Origin: an uncultured Eubacteriales bacterium
GTDB lineage: Bacteria > Bacillota > Clostridia > Acetivibrionales > STF1-152
DNA: 41,122 bases
Direction: 5' to 3'
Assembly (NCBI GenBank): GCA_964471145.1
Contig: CAYYGK010000001.1
Location: forward strand, 1-41,122
Shown: piece after piece, positions 23,309 to 32,926 of the stretch
Numbering within the stretch: the stretch's first letter is position 1
How the letters are laid out: each line of letters starts with the position of its first letter
The notes under the pieces: model-generated
Seen by the model: only the letters and a program-made list of their open reading frames with translations
Database searches by the model: none
What the model was told of the DNA's origin: nothing
Position numbers and translations under genes: made by a program

Positions 23309-24721
23309 ATGCATACTTATGATGCCATTAAGGATTTGACTCTTCCGGAGCTTGACAGTGATTTTCGTCCTGCTTCGGCAGAGTATTCTGCTTTTGTCAG
23401 GGAAGCGGAACACTCAGGTCAGGATGCTCCTCTGGTAATTTCCATAGAGAGAAAAAACGGGTATGTCTCAAATTTTCGTACTGTGGCATATGCAGATGAA
23501 TCGGATTTTGCAGATAAAAATCTGTTTATTGCCGAAAGGCTTGTCAAGAGCCTTCTGTGGATATGGGGAGGCTGGAAGGTCACTATTGCCGGGAACAGCA
23601 GTATCTACCGGCATATAAAGAATGCTTTCTCAAAAGATGGAGTCAGGCGGTTTGATGTTGAATTCATGGAAAAGATATATGAAAGACCATTTGTGGTTAA
23701 TGAGTGTTCTGTTGATGATATTCCTGCTGCAAGGCAAGGTGCAAGACCTCCTGGTAGAAACCTTGATGGCTGCAGGATAGGGCTTGACCTTGGAGGAAGT
23801 GACAGGAAGGTTTCGGCCGTTATTGACGGCAAAGCTGTATACAGTGAGGAGGTTGTATGGCATCCCAAGCTTTCTGAGGATCCAGACTATCAGTACAAGG
23901 GGATAATGGACTCGCTGACAACCGCCTCATCAAAGATGCCCCGCGTTGATGCAGTTGGGGTGAGTGCTGCAGGCATATATATAGACAACAGAATCATGGC
24001 GGCATCCCTTTTTATAAAAGTGCCGGAAGAAGTTTTTGACCGTAAGGTCAGGAATATGTTTGCAGGAATAAGGGAAGAGATGGGGGGCGTACCGCTGGAA
24101 GTGGCAAATGACGGGGATGTCACCGCACTTGCGGGAGCCATGGAGCTTGATGACACCAATGTTCTTGGCATTGCAATGGGAACAAGCGAGGCGGGTGGTT
24201 ACGTGGATGGGAAAGGCAACATTACCGGCTGGCTTAATGAACTGGCTTTTGTGCCGGTGGATTTTAATGATAAGTCAATGGTTGATGAGTGGTCCGGGGA
24301 TTTTGGTTGCGGTGTCAAGTACTTTTCACAGGATGCCGTGATAAAACTGGCGTCTGCTGCAGGTATAACGCTTAAGGAAACACTGTCCCCTGCAGAAAAA
24401 CTCAAACAAGTGCAAAAGCTGTTGGAAAAAGGCGATGAAAGGGCATATAAGATATTCCGTAGCATCGGGTGCTATCTTGCATACGGCATTTCATATTATT
24501 CATACTTTTATGAAATAAAGCATGTCCTGGTGCTGGGGCGAGTGACCTCCGGACAGGGCGGAAACATAATACTTGATACGGCCCGCAGGGTTTTGAAAAA
24601 AGAGTTTTCGCATCTTGCTAAAAGCATCACACTCTATCTGCCGGACGAGAATAGCAGGAGAGTCGGACAGTCCATTGCAGCCGCAAGCCTGCCGTATATT
24701 AAAAAGGAGGATGTTCGATGA
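23309..24721 (+). CDS. ASKHA-fold (ROK/sugar-kinase-like) protein with an N-terminal extension of about 150 aa
   Basis: 470 aa with GLDLGGSDRKVSAV (phosphate-1) and ANDGDVTALAG. It lacks the CxCGxxGC zinc motif seen in the glucokinase at 34216. Confidence 0.6.
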   Translation: MHTYDAIKDLTLPELDSDFRPASAEYSAFVREAEHSGQDAPLVISIERKNGYVSNFRTVAYADESDFADKNLFIAERLVKSLLWIWGGWKVTIAGNSSIYRHIKNAFSKDGVRRFDVEFMEKIYERPFVVNECSVDDIPAARQGARPPGRNLDGCRIGLDLGGSDRKVSAVIDGKAVYSEEVVWHPKLSEDPDYQYKGIMDSLTTASSKMPRVDAVGVSAAGIYIDNRIMAASLFIKVPEEVFDRKVRNMFAGIREEMGGVPLEVANDGDVTALAGAMELDDTNVLGIAMGTSEAGGYVDGKGNITGWLNELAFVPVDFNDKSMVDEWSGDFGCGVKYFSQDAVIKLASAAGITLKETLSPAEKLKQVQKLLEKGDERAYKIFRSIGCYLAYGISYYSYFYEIKHVLVLGRVTSGQGGNIILDTARRVLKKEFSHLAKSITLYLPDENSRRVGQSIAAASLPYIKKEDVR

Positions 24722-25569
24722 AGTTTTTAAATACTGGGGCAGAGGTCTTTGTTCCTGACGGTATGAATCCTGAGGATGCATTGAGCCGGACAACACATAT
24801 GGGTATTGGCGCACACCACGATGACCTTGAAATAATGGCGTGGCATGGCATTCTTGAGTGCTTTGGTACATGTGACCAATGGTTTGCAGGTGTTGTCACC
24901 ACAAACGGTGCAGGAAGTGCAAGAAACGGCTTGTATGAGAACTGCCCTGATGAACAAATGCAGAAAATACGCAGGGCGGAACAGAAAAAAGCTGCCTGTA
25001 TCGGAGAATATGGAGCGGTTGTGCTTCTTGATTATCCAAGTTCGGAAGTAAAAGACCCTGTTCAAACAAGTGTAAAAGAGGAAATAAAGGCAATTGTCGA
25101 AATGGCTGAGCCGGGTGTAGTATACACACACAACATTGCCGACAAGCATGATACGCATGTTAGCACGGCTTTGCGGGTCATATCCGCCATAAGAGAGCTG
25201 CCGCTGCAAAAAAGGCCGGAGAAGCTTTACGGGTGTGAGGTGTGGCGTGACCTTGACTGGCTTTCGGATGAAGATAAGGTGAGGTTTGACCTGTCTTCAC
25301 GCCAGAATATCGCAGCTTCGCTGCTGGGGGTTTTTGACTCACAGATTTCCGGAGGCAAAAGGTATGACCTTGCAACAGCAGGCAGGAGACTGGCAAATGC
25401 CACTTATGATGAATCACACGGTACCGATGCCGTGTCATCACTTGCCTATGCCATGGATCTTACCCCATTGATAACCGACCCGAGTATTGATATTGAAGAG
25501 TATGTTGCAGGACATATTAAAAGGTTTATGCAGGATGTTTCGTCAAAAGTATCGAAGTTCAGTCAGTAG
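24718..25569 (+). CDS. PIG-L/LmbE-family deacetylase
   Basis: 283 aa with GAHHDDLEI (PIG-L AHPDD-type motif) and HNIADKHDTH. ATGA overlap with the upstream kinase-like gene. Confidence 0.75.
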   Translation: MKFLNTGAEVFVPDGMNPEDALSRTTHMGIGAHHDDLEIMAWHGILECFGTCDQWFAGVVTTNGAGSARNGLYENCPDEQMQKIRRAEQKKAACIGEYGAVVLLDYPSSEVKDPVQTSVKEEIKAIVEMAEPGVVYTHNIADKHDTHVSTALRVISAIRELPLQKRPEKLYGCEVWRDLDWLSDEDKVRFDLSSRQNIAASLLGVFDSQISGGKRYDLATAGRRLANATYDESHGTDAVSSLAYAMDLTPLITDPSIDIEEYVAGHIKRFMQDVSSKVSKFSQ

Positions 25570-26231
25570 TTTATTTCTCATCGATATCACCAAGCGTTGT
25601 TGTAAAAGCGGGACAAACCTTTGTGCTGGCAGATATAGAAGGGCCCGGAGCGGTGCAGCAAATATGGATGACGCCCACAGGCAACTGGAGGTTTGGCATC
25701 CTCAGAATCTACTGGGACGGGCAGGAGCATCCGTCAGTAGAATGCCCGGTGGGTGATTTTTTTACCTGTGGCTGGGGCAGGTATGCACCCGTATCATCGC
25801 TTGCAGTATGTGTTAATCCAGGAAGTGCATTCAACTGCTACTGGGAGATGCCCTTCAATAAAAGATGCCATATTACTCTTACAAATATAGATGCAAATGA
25901 CATGACTTTGTTTTACCGGGTAAACTACACCCTTACGGAAGTTCAGGAGGAATGCGGGTATTTCATGCTTCCTGGACGATGTGGAGGGAAAGGGCCACTA
26001 TGTGGGAACCTACATGGCATGGGGAGTAAATAACAGCGGATGGTCGGGAGAGGGGGAAATAAAGTTCTATCTTGATGATGACAGGGAATACCCCGCCATT
26101 TGCGGCACTGGAACGGAGGACAGTACCTGCCCCTTCAGGATGACATATCATCTGTTGCATACTGGTACCAGACACTGCCGTCAAAAAAGCTTCCAGGACT
26201 GCCTGACAGGGATTATCTTGAGATTATATGA
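25570..26231 (+). pseudogene. Decayed DUF2961 / GH172-family gene (5'-truncated, two or more frameshifts, internal deletions)
   Basis: Frame 0 gives KAGQTFVLADIEGPGAVQQIWMTP...YWDGQEHPSVECPVGDFF. Frame 1 gives DDVEGKGHYVGTYMAWG...GWSGEGEIKFYLDDDREYPAICGTGTED. Frame 0 resumes with DDISSVAYWYQTLPSKKLPGLPDRDYLEII and a stop at 26229-26231. Confidence 0.75.
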
Positions 26232-26330
26232 ACATCTTAGAGGCCGGCTGTTTGAGGACTTGTTCAAATTGACAAAATCAGAACCTTCTGATAGTATACT
26301 GATGTAAAAATTAAGATGTTTTAGCCTGAC

Positions 26331-26363
26331 TTCCTGCAGTGCTGCAGGGGAATTTTTTGTTTT
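26331..26363 (+). terminator. Intrinsic terminator hairpin with T-run
   Basis: In TTCCTGCA gtgc TGCAGGGG, 6 Watson-Crick pairs and 2 G-U pairs form the stem. AATTTTTTGTTTT follows. Confidence 0.6.
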
Positions 26364-26397
26364 AATTTAAAAACCGTAGCCGGAAGGGGAGGTTATA

Positions 26398-27708
26398 ATG
26401 GACAAGCTTTTCAAGTTGAGGGAGAACGGTACTAACGTAAAGACCGAGGTTCTGGCCGGAATAACTACTTTTATGACTATGGCCTACATACTGATAGTCA
26501 ATCCGGGTATTCTTGAAGCCGCAGGCATGGACAAAGGTGCTGTGTTTACTGCCACTGCGCTGGCGGCAGCCCTGGCAACGCTGGTGATGGCTTTTCTGGC
26601 AAATTATCCGATAGCGCTGGCATCCGGTATGGGGCTTAATGCATACTTTGCGTATGTCATTGCATCACAGTATTCATGGCAGATAGCACTGGCTGCTGTT
26701 TTTGTGGAGGGCATACTGTTTATACTGCTGACATTGATAAAGTTCAGGGAGGCCATAGTAAATGCCATCCCGCAAAACCTCAAATATGGAGTAACGGTCG
26801 GCATCGGCCTGTTCATTACGTTCATAGGACTCCAGAACGCTGGAATTGTAATTGACGCACCCACTCTTGTAACTCTTGGAGACCTGAAAAGCGCACCTGT
26901 TATTCTTTCGCTTGCAGGGATTCTTGCAATTACATTCCTGTTGTTTAAGAAGGTCAGGGGAGCACTGCTTATAGGGATACTTGGTACATATGTGTTTGGG
27001 ATAATCCTGGAGCTGCTGGGAGTGAATGTTGCTGACTACAGCCTTATACCAGACAGAATAGTGGACCTTCCACCGTCACTTTCACCGGTGTTCCTTAAGT
27101 TTGACCTGCAGGGTGCATGGAAGCTGGGGCTTGATTTTCTGGTTATCCTGTTTGCATTCCTGTTCGTGGATCTTTTTGATACGGTTGGTACACTTATTGG
27201 AGTGGCAAGCAAGGCGCAGCTTCTTGACGAGAAGGGAAGACTGCCCAGGACCAGGCAGGCGCTTATGGCTGATGCTGTAGGAACCACTGCAGGGGCCGCA
27301 CTAGGCACTTCCACCGTCACCAGCTATATTGAAAGCGCAGCAGGCGTGGCGGAAGGAGGAAGGACAGGTCTTACTTCACTTACAACAGGTATTTTGTTCC
27401 TTATAGCTCTTGTTTTCTCTCCAGTGCTTACTATAATACCAGGGTTTGCAACCGCACCGGCGCTTATAATAGTGGGGCTTTTTATGATTTCAACGGTAAG
27501 TAAAATTGACCTTGGAAAGGACTACACCGAAGCGCTTCCGGCGTTTTTGGCCATTATAGTTATGCCGCTTACATACAGCATAGCCGACGGAATAATGTTT
27601 GGAATAGTATCATGGGTACTACTGAAGGTGTTTGCAGGCAGGATTAAGTCAATACACCCTGTAATGTATGTGCTTGTACTGCTTTTTGTACTCAAGGTAA
27701 TTCTCTGA
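26398..27708 (+). CDS. NCS2/AzgA-family purine (adenine/guanine/hypoxanthine) permease
   Basis: 436 aa and polytopic. The N-terminal FKLRENGTNVKTEVLAGITTFMTMAYILIVNP is typical of PbuG/PbuO/AzgA-type permeases. It lies 33 nt upstream of purE. Confidence 0.85.
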   Translation: MDKLFKLRENGTNVKTEVLAGITTFMTMAYILIVNPGILEAAGMDKGAVFTATALAAALATLVMAFLANYPIALASGMGLNAYFAYVIASQYSWQIALAAVFVEGILFILLTLIKFREAIVNAIPQNLKYGVTVGIGLFITFIGLQNAGIVIDAPTLVTLGDLKSAPVILSLAGILAITFLLFKKVRGALLIGILGTYVFGIILELLGVNVADYSLIPDRIVDLPPSLSPVFLKFDLQGAWKLGLDFLVILFAFLFVDLFDTVGTLIGVASKAQLLDEKGRLPRTRQALMADAVGTTAGAALGTSTVTSYIESAAGVAEGGRTGLTSLTTGILFLIALVFSPVLTIIPGFATAPALIIVGLFMISTVSKIDLGKDYTEALPAFLAIIVMPLTYSIADGIMFGIVSWVLLKVFAGRIKSIHPVMYVLVLLFVLKVIL

Positions 27709-27741
27709 CTGTAAACAATACTACCTGGGAGGAATGATATT

Positions 27742-28257
27742 TTGACACAGAAAAAACCCAAAGCAGCAGTTGTAATGGGAAGCGATTCGGATTTTCCCGT
27801 TGTTGAAAAATGCATTAAAGCACTTGAGGATTTCGGCGTAGAGACGGAGGTTTCGGTTTGTTCGGCCCACAGGACGCCTTACAGGGCTGCCGAGCTTGCA
27901 TCGGAAGCTGAAAAAAGGGCAGTGGATGTAATCATTGCCGCTGCAGGCAAGGCGGCGCATCTTCCGGGTGTGCTGGCTGCATATACCACGCTGCCTGTTA
28001 TAGGGATTCCAGTCAAATCATCCACTCTTGACGGTCTTGATTCCCTCCTTTCTATTGTCCAGATGCCATCAGGCATACCTGTGGCTACTGTTGCAATTAA
28101 TGGTTCCCTCAACGCCGCACTGCTTGCAGTACAGATTATGTCTCTTAAATATGGAGACCTGGCGGAGAAATTGAAGGAATACCGGATCCAGATGAAAAAA
28201 AAGGTTGAAAAAAAGGACAGGGATATAAAGCAGAAGATGAAGGGGTTTGACAGTTGA
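27742..28257 (+). CDS. purE: N5-carboxyaminoimidazole ribonucleotide mutase (class I PurE)
   Basis: [17 protein letters not shown] (the class I signature) and [13 protein letters not shown] start 9 nt after GGGAGG. Confidence 0.9.
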   Translation: MTQKKPKAAVVMGSDSDFPVVEKCIKALEDFGVETEVSVCSAHRTPYRAAELASEAEKRAVDVIIAAAGKAAHLPGVLAAYTTLPVIGIPVKSSTLDGLDSLLSIVQMPSGIPVATVAINGSLNAALLAVQIMSLKYGDLAEKLKEYRIQMKKKVEKKDRDIKQKMKGFDS

Positions 28258-29702
28258 CGAAAGAAACAGATGAATATATAGCACAAAGGCCATCGGAGGA
28301 ATGCGGCATATTTGGTGTGTTTAACAGGGGTTTAAAACTGGATGTGGCCCGCCTTACCTACTATGGCCTTTATGCTTTGCAGCACAGGGGTCAGGAGAGT
28401 GCGGGAATTGCCGTAAATGACAAGGGTACTATAGTTGCACACAAGGATATGGGACTGGTTACGGATGTATTCAATGATGTAGTGCTCGATCATTTAAAAG
28501 GAAGAGCGGCTATAGGACATGTCAGGTATTCAACCTCGGGGGCAAGCCTCATCCAGAACGCTCAGCCCATGGTTGTCAATTACCGTGTGGGGCAGATGGC
28601 TCTGGCACATAATGGAAACCTTGTTAACGCAGCCGTACTCCGGCAAGAAATGGAAAACAAAGGCGCAATATTTCAGTCCACAAATGATACAGAGGTTATT
28701 GCAAATCTAATCTCCAGAAAAAGGGTTGCATGTCCTGACATCAGTGAGACACTAAAACAGGTAATGCAGGAGATAGAGGGTTCCTATGCACTGGTTATAC
28801 TCACACCGGATAAGCTTATAGGGATAAGGGACCCGCTGGGGGTTAGACCTTTGTGCATAGGCAGGATGGGAGATTCATATGTGCTGGCTTCAGAGTCATG
28901 TGCGCTGGACACTGTAGGTGCTTCGTTTATAAGGGATGTTAATCCGGGAGAAATTATTCTTGTTGATGAAAATGGACTGGAATCGGTACAAACACCGGCT
29001 GTTGGAGAATCAAGGCTTTGCGTTTTCGAGTTTGTATACTTTGCCAGACCTGACAGCTGTATAGATGGTGTAAGTGTGCACCAGGCACGCATAGAAGCCG
29101 GCAGAAGGCTATATGAAGAGCACCCGGTGCAGGCTGACATGATTATAGGAGTGCCCGACGGGGGTCTTGATGCTGCACTGGGATATTCCAGGGCTTCCAA
29201 CATACCGTATGGGCATGGCCTTCTCAGGAACAGGTATGTGGGCAGGACATTCATACAGCCGGAACAGGGACAGCGTGAGTCGGGGGTCAGGATAAAGTTC
29301 AACCCCATAGGCAGTGAGGTAGAGGATAAGAGAATAGTAATGGTGGATGACTCAATAGTCAGGGGGACCACTACCAGGAAAATAGTGCAGATGCTTAAAG
29401 AGGCTGGAGCACGGGAGGTTCATATGAGAATAAGTTCTCCCCCCTACAGGTTTCCGTGTTACTTCGGTATAGACACACCTTCAGCAAAACAGCTTGTTGC
29501 GTCCAGTCACAGCATAGAAGGGATAAAAGACCTGACAGGAGCGGACAGCCTTGAATACCTTAGCCTTGAAGGGCTGCTTTGTACTCCGCAGGGCTGCAGA
29601 AGCAGTTTCTGTACGGCATGTTTTGACGGGGGATATCCGATGGAGGTGCCGGGTGAGGGAAGCAAACTTAACTGGATGCGTAAAAATGAATGCAGTGATT
29701 AA
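28254..29702 (+). CDS. purF: Amidophosphoribosyltransferase
   Basis: 482 aa. Propeptide followed by CGIFGV (Ntn cysteine), the PRTase motif [12 protein letters not shown], and C-terminal Cys ligands. TTG start overlaps the purE stop. Confidence 0.95.
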   Translation: MTKETDEYIAQRPSEECGIFGVFNRGLKLDVARLTYYGLYALQHRGQESAGIAVNDKGTIVAHKDMGLVTDVFNDVVLDHLKGRAAIGHVRYSTSGASLIQNAQPMVVNYRVGQMALAHNGNLVNAAVLRQEMENKGAIFQSTNDTEVIANLISRKRVACPDISETLKQVMQEIEGSYALVILTPDKLIGIRDPLGVRPLCIGRMGDSYVLASESCALDTVGASFIRDVNPGEIILVDENGLESVQTPAVGESRLCVFEFVYFARPDSCIDGVSVHQARIEAGRRLYEEHPVQADMIIGVPDGGLDAALGYSRASNIPYGHGLLRNRYVGRTFIQPEQGQRESGVRIKFNPIGSEVEDKRIVMVDDSIVRGTTTRKIVQMLKEAGAREVHMRISSPPYRFPCYFGIDTPSAKQLVASSHSIEGIKDLTGADSLEYLSLEGLLCTPQGCRSSFCTACFDGGYPMEVPGEGSKLNWMRKNECSD

Positions 29703-29717
29703 CAGGAGGTATTTTTC

Positions 29718-30740
29718 ATGACCGGTTACCGTGATGCGGGTGTGGATGTAGAGGCGGGATATGAAGCCGTAAGAAGAATAAAGGGTCATGCACAAAAAAC
29801 ATTGGGGCCTGAGGTGATCTCAGGAGTTGGAGGGTTTGGAGGGCTTTTTGCTCTTGATAATAAGAAATACAGAAAACCCGTACTTGTTTCGGGAACAGAC
29901 GGAGTGGGCACAAAACTCAAGCTGGCATTTATGACCGGCAGGCATGATACAATAGGAATAGACTGTGTGGCCATGTGTGTGAATGATATTGTATGTACCG
30001 GGGCGCAGCCGCTTTTCTTTCTTGATTACCTTGCATTGGGCAAAAACAGGCCTGAAAAGGTGGAACAGATTGTAAAGGGTGTTTCAGACGGTTGCATCAT
30101 GGCAGGATGCAGCCTCCTGGGCGGAGAGACTGCAGAAATGCCCGGATTCTACCCTGAGGATGAATACGACCTGGCAGGGTTTGCAGTCGGCATTGTCGAG
30201 AAGGAAAAAATAATTGACGGCAAAGGCATAGAACCCGGAGATGCACTGGTGGGACTGCCCTCTTCCGGCCTGCACAGCAATGGCTTTTCGCTTGTCAGAA
30301 AGCTTCTGGCTCAAAGCAGGGAGCAAATCCTTGAGTATAACAACATGCTGGGGACAACTGTTGCGGATGAACTGCTAAAGCCCACAAGGATTTATGTAAA
30401 GACTGTTCTTGACCTGGCTGGGAAGTTTAATATAAAGGGGATAGCTAACATTACCGGTGGCGGGTTTGTAGAAAACATACCCCGGATACTGCCTGAAGGT
30501 ATTAATGCTGAAATTTCCTGCGGCAGCTGGCCTGTGCATACCATATTCAGGTTGCTGCAGCAGACTGGCAATATTGAGAAAAGAGAAATGTTTAATACTT
30601 TCAATATGGGTATCGGGATAGTACTTGCGGTAGAGAAGAAAGCAGCACACAGCATTGTAAAACACCTTGAAAGCAATGATGAAAAGGCGTACTTGATTGG
30701 AGAGACCGCTTCAGGCAAGGAGGGGATAAAGCTTTGCTGA
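29718..30740 (+). CDS. purM: Phosphoribosylformylglycinamidine cyclo-ligase (AIR synthetase)
   Basis: 340 aa with [11 protein letters not shown] and [10 protein letters not shown]. Confidence 0.95.
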   Translation: MTGYRDAGVDVEAGYEAVRRIKGHAQKTLGPEVISGVGGFGGLFALDNKKYRKPVLVSGTDGVGTKLKLAFMTGRHDTIGIDCVAMCVNDIVCTGAQPLFFLDYLALGKNRPEKVEQIVKGVSDGCIMAGCSLLGGETAEMPGFYPEDEYDLAGFAVGIVEKEKIIDGKGIEPGDALVGLPSSGLHSNGFSLVRKLLAQSREQILEYNNMLGTTVADELLKPTRIYVKTVLDLAGKFNIKGIANITGGGFVENIPRILPEGINAEISCGSWPVHTIFRLLQQTGNIEKREMFNTFNMGIGIVLAVEKKAAHSIVKHLESNDEKAYLIGETASGKEGIKLC

Positions 30741-31375
30741 ATCTGGGGGTGCTTGTATCAGGCGGAGGGACAAACCTGCAGGCAATAATCGATGCCATTG
30801 AGCAGGGCTACCTTATAAGGTGCAGGATAGCAGTTGTTGTATCGAGCAGAAAGGATGCATATGCGCTTGAAAGAGCCAGGAAACACTGCCTGCCTGCAGT
30901 ATGCCTTCCAAGGAAGGGCACAACCGCTCAAGAGTATGACAGGCTGCTTGTTGAACAACTTAAAGATAACAATATTGACCTTGTGGTTCTGGCAGGCTTT
31001 ATGTGCATATTGGGGCCTCTTTTCAACAGGGAATTCCGGCACAGGGCGATGAACGTGCACCCCTCCCTTATACCTTCGTTCTGCGGGAGAGGTTTTTACG
31101 GGGCCATACCTCATGAAAAGGCACTGGAATACGGTGTTAAGGTAACAGGTGCAACTGTTCATTTTGTGGAACTGGAAACGGACAGCGGCCCTATTATACT
31201 GCAGAAACCTGTAAAAGTCAGGGATAATGACACCGTCGAGATACTGCAGAAAAGGGTGATGCAGGAGGCGGAGTGGAAAATACTGCCTGAAGCTATTAAA
31301 CTGTTCTCTGAGGGCAGGCTGGTCATAGAGGGCAGGAGAGTGAGGATAATCAAGAGGAAGGATGATATAAATTGA
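30734..31375 (+). CDS. purN: Phosphoribosylglycinamide formyltransferase
   Basis: 213 aa with [23 protein letters not shown] and HFV...D.GPII. TTG start overlaps the purM stop. Confidence 0.9.
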   Translation: MLNLGVLVSGGGTNLQAIIDAIEQGYLIRCRIAVVVSSRKDAYALERARKHCLPAVCLPRKGTTAQEYDRLLVEQLKDNNIDLVVLAGFMCILGPLFNREFRHRAMNVHPSLIPSFCGRGFYGAIPHEKALEYGVKVTGATVHFVELETDSGPIILQKPVKVRDNDTVEILQKRVMQEAEWKILPEAIKLFSEGRLVIEGRRVRIIKRKDDIN

Positions 31376-32913
31376 TCAAGAGAGCACTTGTAAGCGTATC
31401 GGATAAGACTGGTATAGTGGAGTTTGCAAAAGGACTTGCCCACAGCGGAATTGAACTTGTTTCAACAGGAGGGACTGCCCACAGGCTCAGGCAGTCAGGC
31501 TTACAGGTTACAGGCATTTCAGAGGTTACCGGATTCCCCGAATGCCTTGATGGAAGGGTGAAAACACTACATCCAAAGGTGCATGCTGGACTTCTTGCGG
31601 ACAGGAGTAATCCTGACCATATGAAACAGCTTGACGAACTTGGAATTACCCCCCTGGACATGGTTGTGGTAAATCTGTATCCATTCAGGCAGACAATACA
31701 GAAGGTTGGGACGGAACTTGAAGAGGCCATAGAGAACATAGACATAGGTGGGCCTACAATGCTGAGGTCTGCGGCCAAAAACTATAGTGATGTTGTTGTT
31801 GTTACAGACCCTGCTGACTATGAAGGCATTATCGCAGAGCTCAAGGAAACAGGGGATGTGAGTATTGATACAAAATTCAGGTTGGCATGCAGGGTGTTTG
31901 AGCATACATGCCACTACGATACGCTTATAGCGGAATATCTGCGGATAAGGAGCGGAGCAGGACTTCCCAGGCTTTATACCATGACATATGAAAAGGTCCA
32001 GGACATGCGGTATGGGGAAAACCCGCACCAGAAAGCAATATTTTATAAAGAAACAGCAGGGGGACAGGGTTTTCTGACAGATGCCGTACAATTGCATGGT
32101 AAGGAGCTTTCATTTAACAACATAAATGACACTAACGGGGCATTGGACCTGCTCAAGGAATTCGAAGAACCAGCTGTTATAGCGGTAAAGCATGCCAACC
32201 CCTGCGGGGTTGGTACTGCAGACAGTATTCATGAAGCATACATAAAGGCGTATGAAGGAGACCCGGTTTCAATATTCGGCGGTATAATCGCAGCAAACCG
32301 TCAAATCGATGCTGAAACCGCAGAGAAAATAAACAGCATATTCATAGAAGTAGTGGTGGCGCCTTCATATTCGCAGGATGCGCTCAGGATACTCAAAGGG
32401 AAGAAAAACATACGCATACTCACTCTTGAGGGAGCAGGGGAAAAGGTGCCGGAAGGGACACTGGACATGAAAAAAGTAAGAGGAGGCCTGCTTGTGCAGG
32501 ATTACGACAGCAGTCTTTTGAATATGGATAACCTTGAGTACGTAACAGATAAAAAACCTACCGAAGTACAAATGCAGGACCTTGTTTTTGCCATGAAGGT
32601 TGTAAAGCATACAAAATCCAACGGCATAGCGCTGGCAAAGGACAGAGGCTCGATTGGTATAGGTCCGGGGCAGCTCAACAGGATCCAGGCGGTGAAGATA
32701 GCTGTTGAAAACGCAGGTGAAAAGGCCAGGGGGGCAGTGCTGGCATCAGATGCGTTTTTCCCGTTTGACGACTGGGTCGAGGTAGCCTCAAAAGCAGGTA
32801 TTGCTGCAGTTATACAGCCCGGTGGTTCCAGAAAGGACAGTGATTCCATAGAATCATGCAACACAGAGGGTATAGCCATGGTGTTTACGGGGATGAGACA
32901 TTTCAAGCACTGA
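31372..32913 (+). CDS. purH: Bifunctional AICAR transformylase / IMP cyclohydrolase
   Basis: 513 aa with RALVSVSDKTG, GGTA, GRVKTLHP and the C-terminal FTGMRHFKH. Confidence 0.95.
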   Translation: MIKRALVSVSDKTGIVEFAKGLAHSGIELVSTGGTAHRLRQSGLQVTGISEVTGFPECLDGRVKTLHPKVHAGLLADRSNPDHMKQLDELGITPLDMVVVNLYPFRQTIQKVGTELEEAIENIDIGGPTMLRSAAKNYSDVVVVTDPADYEGIIAELKETGDVSIDTKFRLACRVFEHTCHYDTLIAEYLRIRSGAGLPRLYTMTYEKVQDMRYGENPHQKAIFYKETAGGQGFLTDAVQLHGKELSFNNINDTNGALDLLKEFEEPAVIAVKHANPCGVGTADSIHEAYIKAYEGDPVSIFGGIIAANRQIDAETAEKINSIFIEVVVAPSYSQDALRILKGKKNIRILTLEGAGEKVPEGTLDMKKVRGGLLVQDYDSSLLNMDNLEYVTDKKPTEVQMQDLVFAMKVVKHTKSNGIALAKDRGSIGIGPGQLNRIQAVKIAVENAGEKARGAVLASDAFFPFDDWVEVASKAGIAAVIQPGGSRKDSDSIESCNTEGIAMVFTGMRHFKH

Positions 32914-32926
32914 GAGGAGTTTATGT

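Noticed and set aside
25487-26307. Three separate ORF-track entries (25487..25756, 25623..26033, 25981..26307) that could be read as small genes.
   Set aside because: Two of them are consecutive fragments of one DUF2961-family reading frame broken by frameshifts and deletions. The third is an off-frame overlap. All are treated as one pseudogene.
26308-26397. Looked for a purine (guanine/adenine) riboswitch or PurR box ahead of the purine permease / pur operon.
   Set aside because: The region is only about 90 nt. It lacks the conserved three-way-junction core strings of the purine aptamer. I could not find a convincing PurBox pair.
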